NCBI GenBank assembly: GCA_964571695.1
Contig: CAZNDG010000003.1
Span: forward strand, 15,261-79,260
DNA length: 64,000 nucleotides
Direction: 5' to 3'
Source: an uncultured Syntrophus sp.
Lineage (GTDB): Bacteria; Desulfobacterota; Syntrophia; Syntrophales; UBA8958
In this document: positions 46,627-56,036 of the stretch, in pieces
Numbering within the stretch: position 1 is the stretch's first letter
Layout: every line of letters begins with the position of its first letter
The notes under the pieces: generated by a model
The model's input: only the letters and a program-made list of their open reading frames with translations
Databases searched by the model: none
Told to the model about the DNA's origin: nothing
Made by a program: the position numbers and the translations under genes

Positions 46627-47469
46627 TCACCAAGCCTTCAGATGCTTGAGGGATGCCACGGCATGGAAGGTGTTTTCCAGATTGGCGATGCCGCCATGTG
46701 TGGTGCGGGAAAACCCTCCGGTCATGTTCTGTGACCACAGGATAATTTCGCGGCAGGTTTCGGGATATACGGGCCAGCCGCCGGTGATGAGGCGGGCCTG
46801 AAGACCCCAGAAGATATGTTCGATGTATCCCGGCAAGGTGCGGGGAACATTGACATAACCGAACAGCATATTTTCGCATCGGGAGATGAAATCGCCGGTC
46901 CGGCGGTCCGCCGGCAAGACCTCCAGCCATTGGAGAATGGACAGGGCCTGGGCAGTTTCTATTAGGGTGCCATATTCCCTGCCGTAGCCACCATCCGGGG
47001 TTTGCAGGTTCAGGACAAAGGCGGAGATTTCTTCCCCGATGGGGCGGGCTATGGGAATATCACGCTCGCAATGCAGATCCACGAGGAGATAGATGTTCTT
47101 GAAGATCGAGGCCTCGCCGGTGGGAACGAGGCGAACATCGTAGGTGTGGAGTTGCCTTTTCAGGTAAGGGGCGTGATCGTAACGGGGCGCCTGACCAAGC
47201 AGCGACAGACCCTTCAGGACAAAATAGGCGATCGGAAGGTTTTCGAAGCCGCCGTCGGCGTATTGAAAGGACTTGAGAAAGCTTGCTGTTTCCCCGTCCT
47301 GGTCTCGTGCTCCCAGCAAGTGAAGGATGCCCAGCGCCCAGTAAGTATCCGAGCTGTTGGGCTCCTCCAGCCGATAGAAACAATAGCCGCCCTCCCGGCA
47401 ACGCCGGTCGCGGACGTAGCGGCTGACCCTTTCCTGACGATTCAGATCCATTTTCATGATCGGTCGCAC
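46627..47469 (-). CDS. Prenyltransferase/squalene-oxidase-repeat (alpha/alpha-toroid) protein
   Basis: PFTB-like GG[FY] motifs recur: REGGYCFY, ADGGFEN, PDGGYGRE, MTGGFSRT. Its start is 7 nt downstream of the enolase remnant. Confidence 0.5.
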   Translation of the reverse strand: MRPIMKMDLNRQERVSRYVRDRRCREGGYCFYRLEEPNSSDTYWALGILHLLGARDQDGETASFLKSFQYADGGFENLPIAYFVLKGLSLLGQAPRYDHAPYLKRQLHTYDVRLVPTGEASIFKNIYLLVDLHCERDIPIARPIGEEISAFVLNLQTPDGGYGREYGTLIETAQALSILQWLEVLPADRRTGDFISRCENMLFGYVNVPRTLPGYIEHIFWGLQARLITGGWPVYPETCREIILWSQNMTGGFSRTTHGGIANLENTFHAVASLKHLKAW

Positions 47470-47475
47470 CGCCGA

Positions 47476-48179
<704 letters not shown>

Positions 48180-48297
48180 TTATTAATAAACGGGAAGCGC
48201 TTTTGGGAAGGAATAAATCATTTATTGTCGGGAAAGGGGTTTTTTGAACTTGTCGCCGAAAGAAGGATGGCGTTGATAATATTTGTCTGGGTGGCAC

Positions 48298-48332
48298 AAA
48301 AAAACTCCTGCCGGGAAATCCGGTAGGAGTTA
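48298..48332 (-). terminator. Rho-independent terminator forming the expression platform of the fluoride riboswitch
   Basis: The minus-strand RNA reads AACUCCUACCGG-AUUUC-CCGGCAGGAGUU followed by UUUUUUU. Its 5' arm reuses the aptamer pseudoknot strand. Confidence 0.8.
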
Positions 48333-48370
48333 TCAGCCTCGGGGGCGTTTCCACGGTGAACCCCATCACC
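48323..48370 (-). promoter_or_regulatory. Fluoride riboswitch aptamer (crcB RNA motif)
   Basis: The minus-strand RNA is GGUGAUGGGGUUCACCGUGGAAACGCCCCCGAGGCUGAUAACUCCUAC. It matches the crcB-motif pattern GGxGAUGGxxUUCxCC..AAAC-GCC(stem)GGC-UGAU-x-(pseudoknot)-CUAC. P1 is GGUG/CACC. Loop GGGGU(U) is complementary to (A)ACUCC. Confidence 0.8.
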
Positions 48371-48673
48371 ATTTGCGCTGCCCATACCACGACGCGACCA
48401 GGGTGTCAAGGGAGTTGTTTTTCCCCCCTCTTCGGGATTGACGGCCACCCTTAGGTTCCTGCCGATTACAAGCGGCGTTTGTATTGACAGGAAGCCAGGT
48501 TTTATAGTATCCGGCAATCATTGACAAGACATGTAAGACGGGTGATGGAGTTCACCTGACAACCGCCGCACCGGCTGATGACTCCTGCCAAGCAAGTCGC
48601 TTCCGGAGGGAGCAGGCAAGGCGGCGAAGGCAAGCCGAGACTCCCCCAGGAGACAAACTGGAGGAGTTTTTTT

Positions 48674-50350
48674 ATGGAAGGGATGAACAAAAACGTCCAA
48701 GCGATCCAGACGACGTCCGGGCAGATCCTGGAGGTCGTGCAAACGGTCTGCGACAACCTGCGGATCGTCTCCCTGCAACGCGCCGCGCATGTCTGTCGCT
48801 CCCTGGTCCGGCAGAATCCCCTCATCGACGTGGCCATTCTCGGCCAATTCAAGGCGGGGAAGAGTTCTTTTCTCAACAGCCTCATCGGCCGGACTCTCCT
48901 GCCCGTGGGCGTTATTCCCGTCACGACCGTCATTACCCGGATCCAGCACGGACCGGTGGAGCGGGCCATGGTCACCCATTTCGACGGCGCCCGGACGGAG
49001 ATCGCCCTGGAAGACCTGGATGCCTACTCCTCGGAGGCAAAAAATCCCGGCAACCAGAAGGACGTCGCCGTCGTCGATATCGAGCTTCCCTCCCTGGAAG
49101 ATTACGCCGGCCTCCGCCTTGTCGATACCCCCGGCCTGGGCAGCGTCTTCAAGTACCACATGGAGACCGCGGAGAACTGGCTGCCGGAGGTGGGGGCGGC
49201 CCTGCTCGCCATCAGCGCCGATCGCCCCCTCTCCGAGCACGACCTGGCTCTGATCCGGGATCTCCAGCAATACACCCCCCGGATCGTCCTGCTCCTGACC
49301 AAGGCGGACCTCCTTCAGGCCGACCAGCAGCGGGAGGTCGTCCAGTTCTTCAAGGACACCTTGCAACGGGAGCTGAAACAGGAATTCCCTATCTTTCTCT
49401 ATTCCAACCGGAACGAAATGGAAAAATACCGGCACCGTCTGGAGATGGAACTCCTCTATAAACTCTCGGCGAACCGGGATGCGGAGTTCGGCCGGATCCT
49501 CCAGTACAAGGCGGTTTCCCTGGCTAAGAGCTGCGAGAGCTATCTGGAGATCGCAAGGAAGGCATCCGAACAGGCCGATACGGATCGGGAGGCCCTGAAG
49601 GAGCAGATCATGGGCGAAAAGGGAAACTACACCCAGATCCACGAAGAATTGATCGTCATGACCCGCGCCCAGTCCATCCACACCCGGACCAACATCGAGA
49701 AGTCTCTGGAACGATTCAAACGGCCTCTCCACGATCGTCTCGTCGCGGCCCTGAAGGAGGAAATGCCCCGGTGGCAGGGGAACCTGTGGCAGCTTACCCG
49801 GCGCTATGAGGAGTGGCTCCATGAGAACCTGACCGTCGAGCTCGACGAGATTTCCGCCAAGGAGCACAAGCACTTCTTCGGAACGATGATGAAGGCCCAT
49901 GCCGCCCTGGACCGCTATCTGGAGTCTTTCCGCGCCCGTCTCGGGGCCAATATCGAAAGGGTCCTGGGCGTCAAGATGGCCCCGGCGGAATGGAATCTGG
50001 AAGTGACGCCCCCCGTCCGCCCGGATATTTCCATCGGCCATGTTTTCCAGTTCAATTTTGATCTGTTGTGGTTTCTTTTTCCCATGTCGATCTTCCGCGG
50101 CCGTTTCGAGCGGCATTTCGTTCGCAAGCTTGCCGATGCGGTATATGTCAACGCCTCCCGCCTCGCCGCCCAGTGGGAAGAGCGGATCAACCGGGCCATC
50201 GAAGAGATGCGGAAGCAGGCGGCGGGATATATCCGGGAGGAAATGGCCACCCTCGACGCCCTGCTCTCCCAGAATCCGGGGCGGACGGAGGATATCCGGC
50301 GCCTGACGGCGGAGCTAAAGGGGGCGGTCCGCCGCCTGGAGGGCGATTGA
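48674..50350 (+). CDS. Bacterial dynamin-like GTPase
   Basis: The ATG at 48674 is preceded by ggaggag. G1 is GQFKAGKSSFLNSL, G3 is VDTPGLGS and G4 is LTKADLL. A long helical stalk follows. The antisense 532-aa ORF was rejected. Confidence 0.8.
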   Translation: MEGMNKNVQAIQTTSGQILEVVQTVCDNLRIVSLQRAAHVCRSLVRQNPLIDVAILGQFKAGKSSFLNSLIGRTLLPVGVIPVTTVITRIQHGPVERAMVTHFDGARTEIALEDLDAYSSEAKNPGNQKDVAVVDIELPSLEDYAGLRLVDTPGLGSVFKYHMETAENWLPEVGAALLAISADRPLSEHDLALIRDLQQYTPRIVLLLTKADLLQADQQREVVQFFKDTLQRELKQEFPIFLYSNRNEMEKYRHRLEMELLYKLSANRDAEFGRILQYKAVSLAKSCESYLEIARKASEQADTDREALKEQIMGEKGNYTQIHEELIVMTRAQSIHTRTNIEKSLERFKRPLHDRLVAALKEEMPRWQGNLWQLTRRYEEWLHENLTVELDEISAKEHKHFFGTMMKAHAALDRYLESFRARLGANIERVLGVKMAPAEWNLEVTPPVRPDISIGHVFQFNFDLLWFLFPMSIFRGRFERHFVRKLADAVYVNASRLAAQWEERINRAIEEMRKQAAGYIREEMATLDALLSQNPGRTEDIRRLTAELKGAVRRLEGD

Positions 50351-50397
50351 AAATGGAAGAAATTTGATTTTGGTACGATTTGTTCACGATGACAAGA

Positions 50398-50560
50398 GCT
50401 TTGCATAACTGTGGAAAAATGGTTCGCAAGCGGCGAATCAAATGTTTTTCGCCGTTGCGTGATTGAACTTAACGCTTGGTAATGAATAAGGATTATACGT
50501 TACCCATTCAGAGGCGAAAAAGATTTCTGAGCCGCGGCGAAGCCATTTTTCAAAGGTCTC
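50398..50560 (+). mobile_element. MITE-like repeat, copy C (163 bp) with a perfect 10-bp target-site duplication
   Basis: It is flanked by gatgacaaga at 50388-50397 and again at 50561-50570. It lies 48 bp upstream of the HIT gene start. Confidence 0.8.
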
Positions 50561-50607
50561 GATGACAAGATCCTGCCGGAGCAAAGAAATGCGCGCACCA
50601 CCCCATA

Positions 50608-51054
50608 ATGAGGATAATTATGAATGAAAACAACTGTGTCTTTTGTGAGATTGTTGCCGGACGGGCGCCGGCCCATATCGTGGCCGAGGATGAACTGTCC
50701 CTGTGCATCCTCGATATCCACCCCTATACCGCGGGCCACTGCCTCGTCATCTCCAAACGCCATGTCCCCTGGTGGCATGAACTGACCGACGGGGAGAACT
50801 CCAGCCTCTTCAAGCTCGCCGGGACGGTGGCCAACCGGATGATGAAGAAGCTGGAACCGGATTTTGTTTTCCTGTACGCCCGGGGGAGGCGGATTCCCCA
50901 TACCCACCTGTTTCTCATTCCCACCTACAGCGGCGATGTCCTGGATCGCTTCTTCAACGCCCTGGAGAATTTTCAGGAGTCTCCGGCAACCCTGGCGGGG
51001 CTCAGGGAGCCGGTGGCGATGCAGGCGGCGGCGGACCTGCTTCGGGAAGATTAG
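50608..51054 (+). CDS. HIT-family (histidine triad) protein
   Basis: The protein contains CVFCEIVAGRAP, GHCLVISKRH, and RIPHTHLFLIP (a histidine-triad variant). Confidence 0.85.
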   Translation: MRIIMNENNCVFCEIVAGRAPAHIVAEDELSLCILDIHPYTAGHCLVISKRHVPWWHELTDGENSSLFKLAGTVANRMMKKLEPDFVFLYARGRRIPHTHLFLIPTYSGDVLDRFFNALENFQESPATLAGLREPVAMQAAADLLRED

Positions 51055-51214
51055 CCCCGGGATCGGGACCTGAATTAGTATATTGTCACCAGCGCGTCTA
51101 TGTGGTATGGCGATTCCCCTCGCCGTCGATGAATAAACGGCCCTCGCGGCCGTGTTGCCGAGGACGGCGGGTTATTAAAAAATTGACAACCCAACCCGAT
51201 ATGACGGCGGTGGC

Positions 51215-53749
51215 ATGAAAGACACGGGCAAGTCCAAGCAGGAACTAATCGCGGAGCTGACCTCCCTCCGGGCTCGGCTTTTGGAGTTGGATGCCGGAGG
51301 CGGGACTCCGGTGTCGCCCGTCTTGGTCTGGGAAACCTGCGACGGCATTTTTTCCTCTTTTCCCTTCGGCATCCTGGCGATCGATAGAAATGGCGTCATC
51401 TCCTATGTGAATCCCGCCTTTGTCCGGATTAGCGGTTACCGGCTCCCGGAGCTCGGCACGGAGAAACAATGGTTTCAAAAGGCATTTCCCGACCGGGAAT
51501 CACGCCGGAAGGCCCTGTCCGTATGGGTCCGGTATCAAACCAGTCAGGTGCAGACTGAAAGGGTGTTTCAGATTGTCTGCAAAAACGGCCGGACCAAAAC
51601 CGTGGACATAGACCTCTCGCTTGCCGCTGACGGCACGGTGATCTCCATACTGGCGGAAGCCGGCCGGATTGCCGACGAGGAAAGATTCGCCACCGAGAAG
51701 GAAGAACAATGGCGGCTCCTTCTGGATATCATGAACGAGGGGTTCGTCACGGTGAACGAAGCGGGGATCCCCGTCTTTGCAAACCAGCGTTTATGTGACA
51801 TTATGGGCTACAGTAGGGAGGAGATCATCGGCCGTCCCTTGGCCCTCTTCCTCGATGAAGACAGCCTGGAGATTTTTCAGGAAGAATTTTCCCGCCGGTC
51901 CCGGGGGGAAAAGCAAGCCTATGAAATAGTCTGCCGGCGCCGGAACGGCGAAAGAAGGCATCTGATCCTTTCCCCCCAGCCTCTATACGACCGTAGCGGC
52001 CGTTTTGTCGGCAGTTTCGCCACCTGCATGGACATCACGGAACGAAAGGAGATAGAGGAGGAGCTGCGCCAATCACAACGGCGCTACAAGGACTTGGCCG
52101 AGGATTACCGTGCCATTGTGGAGAATTCCACCGAGGGGATCTATCGCAGCACGCCCGCCGGCCGTTATATCATGGCCAATCATGCCTTTGCCCGCCTCCT
52201 CGGTTATGATTCCCCCGAGGCGTTGCTGGCCGAAGTGACGGACATCGGCGGTCAGGTTTATGTCGATGCCGCCGTCCGGGAAGATACCATCCGCACGGTT
52301 ATCGCCGCCGGGCGCGGTGAGGTGGAGGTGCAGGTCCGGCGACGGGATGGAAGCCTGATATGGCTGGCCAACAGTATCCGGGTGGTTTACGATCAGGCGG
52401 GGGAGATCAGGTTTCTGGAAGGTGTGGCCCGGGATATTACGAAACGCAAGGAGGCGGAGCGGGTCCTGGAGATTTCGGAGCGCAAATACCATGCCCTATT
52501 CAACCTCGCCTCCGTGGGAATTGTCGTGACCGACGCCTCCGGAGGGATAATGGAGGCGAATCCGGCCTGGCAGCGCATGACGGGCTATACGGAACCGGAA
52601 TACCGGGACCTGCCGCCGCCGGTTCACTACATCAGTCAGGAGGAGCGCCGGGCCATTCGGGATCAGTTGGCCGCTGCCGGGATGGTCCGCAATTACGAGG
52701 TATCCCTGCGACACAAGGACAACCACCGGATCGTGGCGCTGTTGAATTCCGATCTGTGTGCCATGGAGGGGGAAAAGGTCATTCTTTCCCAGACCATCGA
52801 TATCACGGCGCGCAAACGGGAGGAAGAGATCCTTCGCCAGAGCGAGGAACGCTATCGGATGATCCTGAGCAACATCGAAGAAGGATATAACGAGGTCGAT
52901 CTCACCGGCCGGTTCACCTTTTTCAATGCCTCGTTTCTACGGTTGACCGGCCGGAGTCATGACGAGCTTATGGGCGCCCATTATGGCGTATGCACGGACA
53001 AGGAAAATCAGCGGCGGGTGCAGAGGGCCTACCATGAAGTCTTCCGGACGGGGAGACCCTTGAACTGCTTCAGTTGGGATATCTTTCACAAGGACGGGGC
53101 CAGACGCCATATCGAGGTTTCAGTCAGCATCATCCGGGATACCGCCGGTCGGCCGACGGGATTCCGGAGCGTGGCCCGGGATGTGACGGAACGCCGGGAG
53201 GCGGAAGATGCCCTGCGCCGGAGCGAGGATAAATACCGCCGCATCTTCGACAATTCGGTGCTGGGCATCTATCAGACCACCCCGGAGGGCCGGTTAATAA
53301 ATGCCAACGCGGCGATGGCCCGGATCCTCGGATATGAATCGCCGGAGTCATTGATGGCGTCCGGAACCGATATAAAAACGATGATCTACGCCTTACCGGA
53401 GGACCGGGACCGGGCGCTGGCGATCATGGAAAAGGAAGGGGTGCTCAGAGACTTCGAGGTGCGCTGCCGCCAAAAGAACGGCGGTTTGGTCTGGGTGTCG
53501 TTGAATGCCAGACCCGTTCGTGACGACCGGGGCCGGGTTTTGTATCACGACGGCACCGGCCAGGACATCGACGACCGCAAACGCGCCGAGGCGGCCCTCC
53601 AGGAGATCCGGCGGCGTTACGAGGAACTCCGGGCCGCAACCGGGAGCGCCGTCCCCGGAGAAAACCCCATCATTTCTGATAGCGGTGCAGGATCCCCCAA
53701 ACCTCCCCGCAGGCCCGCTGGTAAAGGGGTTCCTCGACGGAGTCCTTGA
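51215..53749 (+). CDS. Multi-PAS-domain protein (about six PAS/PAC units) with no recognisable output domain
   Basis: DIT[EA]RK[RE]AEE PAC-linker signatures recur, with PAS S-box blocks throughout. The C-terminal 60 aa are P/R/G-rich and overlap the convergent gene 53670..53975. Confidence 0.8.
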   Translation: MKDTGKSKQELIAELTSLRARLLELDAGGGTPVSPVLVWETCDGIFSSFPFGILAIDRNGVISYVNPAFVRISGYRLPELGTEKQWFQKAFPDRESRRKALSVWVRYQTSQVQTERVFQIVCKNGRTKTVDIDLSLAADGTVISILAEAGRIADEERFATEKEEQWRLLLDIMNEGFVTVNEAGIPVFANQRLCDIMGYSREEIIGRPLALFLDEDSLEIFQEEFSRRSRGEKQAYEIVCRRRNGERRHLILSPQPLYDRSGRFVGSFATCMDITERKEIEEELRQSQRRYKDLAEDYRAIVENSTEGIYRSTPAGRYIMANHAFARLLGYDSPEALLAEVTDIGGQVYVDAAVREDTIRTVIAAGRGEVEVQVRRRDGSLIWLANSIRVVYDQAGEIRFLEGVARDITKRKEAERVLEISERKYHALFNLASVGIVVTDASGGIMEANPAWQRMTGYTEPEYRDLPPPVHYISQEERRAIRDQLAAAGMVRNYEVSLRHKDNHRIVALLNSDLCAMEGEKVILSQTIDITARKREEEILRQSEERYRMILSNIEEGYNEVDLTGRFTFFNASFLRLTGRSHDELMGAHYGVCTDKENQRRVQRAYHEVFRTGRPLNCFSWDIFHKDGARRHIEVSVSIIRDTAGRPTGFRSVARDVTERREAEDALRRSEDKYRRIFDNSVLGIYQTTPEGRLINANAAMARILGYESPESLMASGTDIKTMIYALPEDRDRALAIMEKEGVLRDFEVRCRQKNGGLVWVSLNARPVRDDRGRVLYHDGTGQDIDDRKRAEAALQEIRRRYEELRAATGSAVPGENPIISDSGAGSPKPPRRPAGKGVPRRSP

Positions 53750-53975
53750 AGTTAGGGTAGTCGATGCCCTCCACAAGGGCCTTGATCCTCTCCACCACCT
53801 CCCCCCGGGGCAGCAGGGTCCGGTAAAGATAGTCCCGCCCCGAAGTCTTCGTAACCCGGGCGTCGGGAAAGATATCACGGATGTGATCGGGGAATCGGGC
53901 CCGGACAATGAGGGTGTCGGGATCGCGAAAATCCTGGATGATCGACAGAAATGCCTTGTCGGTAAAGATCCACAT
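53670..53975 (-). CDS. Small conserved-looking hypothetical protein (101 aa), last gene of the SPFH/ParA operon
   Basis: The protein starts MWIFTDKAFLSIIQDFRDPDTLIVRARFPDHIRDIF.. and has a balanced, globular-like composition. Its start is 24 nt after the ParA stop. No family is recognised. Confidence 0.55.
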   Translation of the reverse strand: MWIFTDKAFLSIIQDFRDPDTLIVRARFPDHIRDIFPDARVTKTSGRDYLYRTLLPRGEVVERIKALVEGIDYPNFKDSVEEPLYQRACGEVWGILHRYQK

Positions 53976-53999
53976 GGGTTGAAACCTCCTTAGAACCCG

Positions 54000-54794
54000 T
54001 CAGGAGGAACGGCGGCGCCCCGCCCTGGGGACCGGCGCCGGGCGCTTACGTACAATGATCTCGCCCGCCAGGGCCAGATAATCCTCGGCCCCGTAACTCT
54101 TCGGGGCATAGCGGAAGATCGTCTGTCCGTAACCGGGGGCCTCGGCCAGGCTGATGTTTTCCCGGATGATCGTCTTGAAGAGCTTGGCGCCGAAGCGTTC
54201 CCCGATCGTTTCCACGATGCCCTTGTTGAGCTTCCGCCGGGCGTCGTAACGGGTGCCGATGATCCCCGTGATCTCCAGGTCCCGGTTGAGACGCTTTTTC
54301 ACCGTATCGATGGTTTCGATGAGCTTGCTCATCCCTTTCAGGGCCAGGAATTCCGTCTGCAGGGGGATGTAGATCTCCCGGGCGGCGGTGAGGGCGTTGA
54401 GGGTCAGGATCCCCAGAGACGGCGGGCAATCGATGAAGATGTAGGTAAATCCGTCGGCCCGGCTCAAGGATTCCCGGAGGATGAATTCCCGTCCCGGCAC
54501 CCCGGCCAGTTCCATCTCCAGTCCGGACAGCTCCAGGGAGGAAGGGACGACCGCCAGACCATCGATGGCAAGAAGCACGTCCGGGAGGCCTTGGGTCCCC
54601 TTGAAGAGGTCATAGATGGTCCGGTTAAGCTCATGGGCCGGAATGCCCAGGGAATAGGTGAGATGGGCCTGGGGATCCAGGTCGATGAGGAGGACCTTCT
54701 CTCCCAGCTTTTCCAGACCGGCGGCGATGTTGAGGGTGCAGGTCGTTTTCCCAACCCCTCCCTTCTGATTGCACAAGGCTATGATTTCGCTCAT
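54000..54794 (-). CDS. ParA/Soj-family ATPase
   Basis: IALCNQKGGVGKTTCTLN is a deviant Walker A. LLIDLDPQ and FIDCPPSLG are also present. Confidence 0.9.
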   Translation of the reverse strand: MSEIIALCNQKGGVGKTTCTLNIAAGLEKLGEKVLLIDLDPQAHLTYSLGIPAHELNRTIYDLFKGTQGLPDVLLAIDGLAVVPSSLELSGLEMELAGVPGREFILRESLSRADGFTYIFIDCPPSLGILTLNALTAAREIYIPLQTEFLALKGMSKLIETIDTVKKRLNRDLEITGIIGTRYDARRKLNKGIVETIGERFGAKLFKTIIRENISLAEAPGYGQTIFRYAPKSYGAEDYLALAGEIIVRKRPAPVPRAGRRRSS

Positions 54795-54815
54795 TAATCC
54801 TCCATTTGTCCTTGG

Positions 54816-56036
54816 TTACATAAAGGCGCCGAAGCCCAGGGCCTTCCTGTCGATGACGACCTTCATGGTTTCGTGAATCAGTTCCCGCGGGGAGGCCGCG
54901 AACGGCTGATAGACAAGGAGCGTCTCCGCGGCGTGCAGCTTCAACCGGGGCAGGGCGGTAAAGAAAACCCGTTTGTCCGTCACGATGTTCGCCAGGGTTA
55001 ACGGGACGCTCTCCAGCGCCTCCGGGGCGGTCAGTGTGACGGGGTAGATGTTCTGGCGGGGGAGATTCTCCGTGTAATCGGGTTCCGGCTGGAAAACGGT
55101 GACCTGACGCGCCCAGCGCATGAAGAGGGCGGGGTTGACCTTGAAGGCGGGAGACCAGAAATATACGGGCCGCTTCTCCATCTCCGGGGTGATCGCCCGG
55201 GGGAGGTTGGCGAGCCGCGCCAGGTCGGCCAAAGAATCCAGGACGAGGCCTTCGAAACGGACCTTGAGGCGCCAAAAGGGCAGATAGTGGGGATCATCAT
55301 TGCCGGAGCTGCCAATGGTGATGAAGGTGGTTCGCTCCAGCGCCGCGCCTGAACATGTCCAGGCGGACTGGCAGTTGCCGCAGGTGAGCGCCAGGGTGTC
55401 CCGGGAGCCCTGGAGATCCCACCCGCAGGCAGGGCAAAGGGTGGGCAGGAACTCGGTGCGGGTCCGGGCGGCGGGGGTGAGGGCGGGGTATCGTCCCCGC
55501 TCCGCATCCGTCCAGGAGATGACATGGCCGGGGCGAAAGGCGTCGCAAAGGGCGTTGCCTTTTACCGTCATGGGCGAGTAGATGAGGCTCACGGCTTCAC
55601 CGAGAAAGACATTCCTTGCCGTACTTCCGGCCGGCGCCGCCGCCCGCGGCAAGGCGTCTTCCGCCTTCAACCCCGGTTGGAGAAAGACCCCCGGGGTTTC
55701 CCGGGAGAGAAATTTCAGCTTCATGGCCTGGGGACGGACCCCCAGGGAGGCGGGGAGCCCCGGCAGGGGCAAGGCCCGGCGATTGGTGTCGATATAGGTG
55801 TCGGTCATTTCCAGGGGCTTGAGCTGGTAGGCAAGGCCCCGGAGCCGCCAGTAGGGGATATAGACGGCCTCCGCCGCCGCCGGCGCGGGGATGTAATAGT
55901 GAAAGGGTGCCGGTGAGACGATGAGCAGACGGGTCCGGCAGAAGGCACAGGACAGGATGCGGTCCGTTTCCTCCAGGATGACCGGTGCGCCGCACTGCGG
56001 GCACTGGTGCTGAATCTGCCAGTTAGATCCGTTCAC
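54816..56036 (-). CDS. Hypothetical protein with two zinc-ribbon motifs (406 aa)
   Basis: I propose the GTG start at 56036, which overlaps the upstream stop by 14 nt. The ORF-track N-terminal extension is P/R/S-rich and overlaps the SPFH gene. The ribbons are CPQCGAPV..CAFCRT and CPACGWDL..CGNCQSAW. Confidence 0.6.
   Translation of the reverse strand: MNGSNWQIQHQCPQCGAPVILEETDRILSCAFCRTRLLIVSPAPFHYYIPAPAAAEAVYIPYWRLRGLAYQLKPLEMTDTYIDTNRRALPLPGLPASLGVRPQAMKLKFLSRETPGVFLQPGLKAEDALPRAAAPAGSTARNVFLGEAVSLIYSPMTVKGNALCDAFRPGHVISWTDAERGRYPALTPAARTRTEFLPTLCPACGWDLQGSRDTLALTCGNCQSAWTCSGAALERTTFITIGSSGNDDPHYLPFWRLKVRFEGLVLDSLADLARLANLPRAITPEMEKRPVYFWSPAFKVNPALFMRWARQVTVFQPEPDYTENLPRQNIYPVTLTAPEALESVPLTLANIVTDKRVFFTALPRLKLHAAETLLVYQPFAASPRELIHETMKVVIDRKALGFGAFM

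Noticed and set aside
48518-50116. The 532-aa minus-strand ORF opposite the dynamin-like gene
   Set aside because: The plus-strand frame carries clear G1/G3/G4 GTPase motifs and a ribosome-binding site. The minus-strand translation has no motifs and the typical composition of an antisense shadow.
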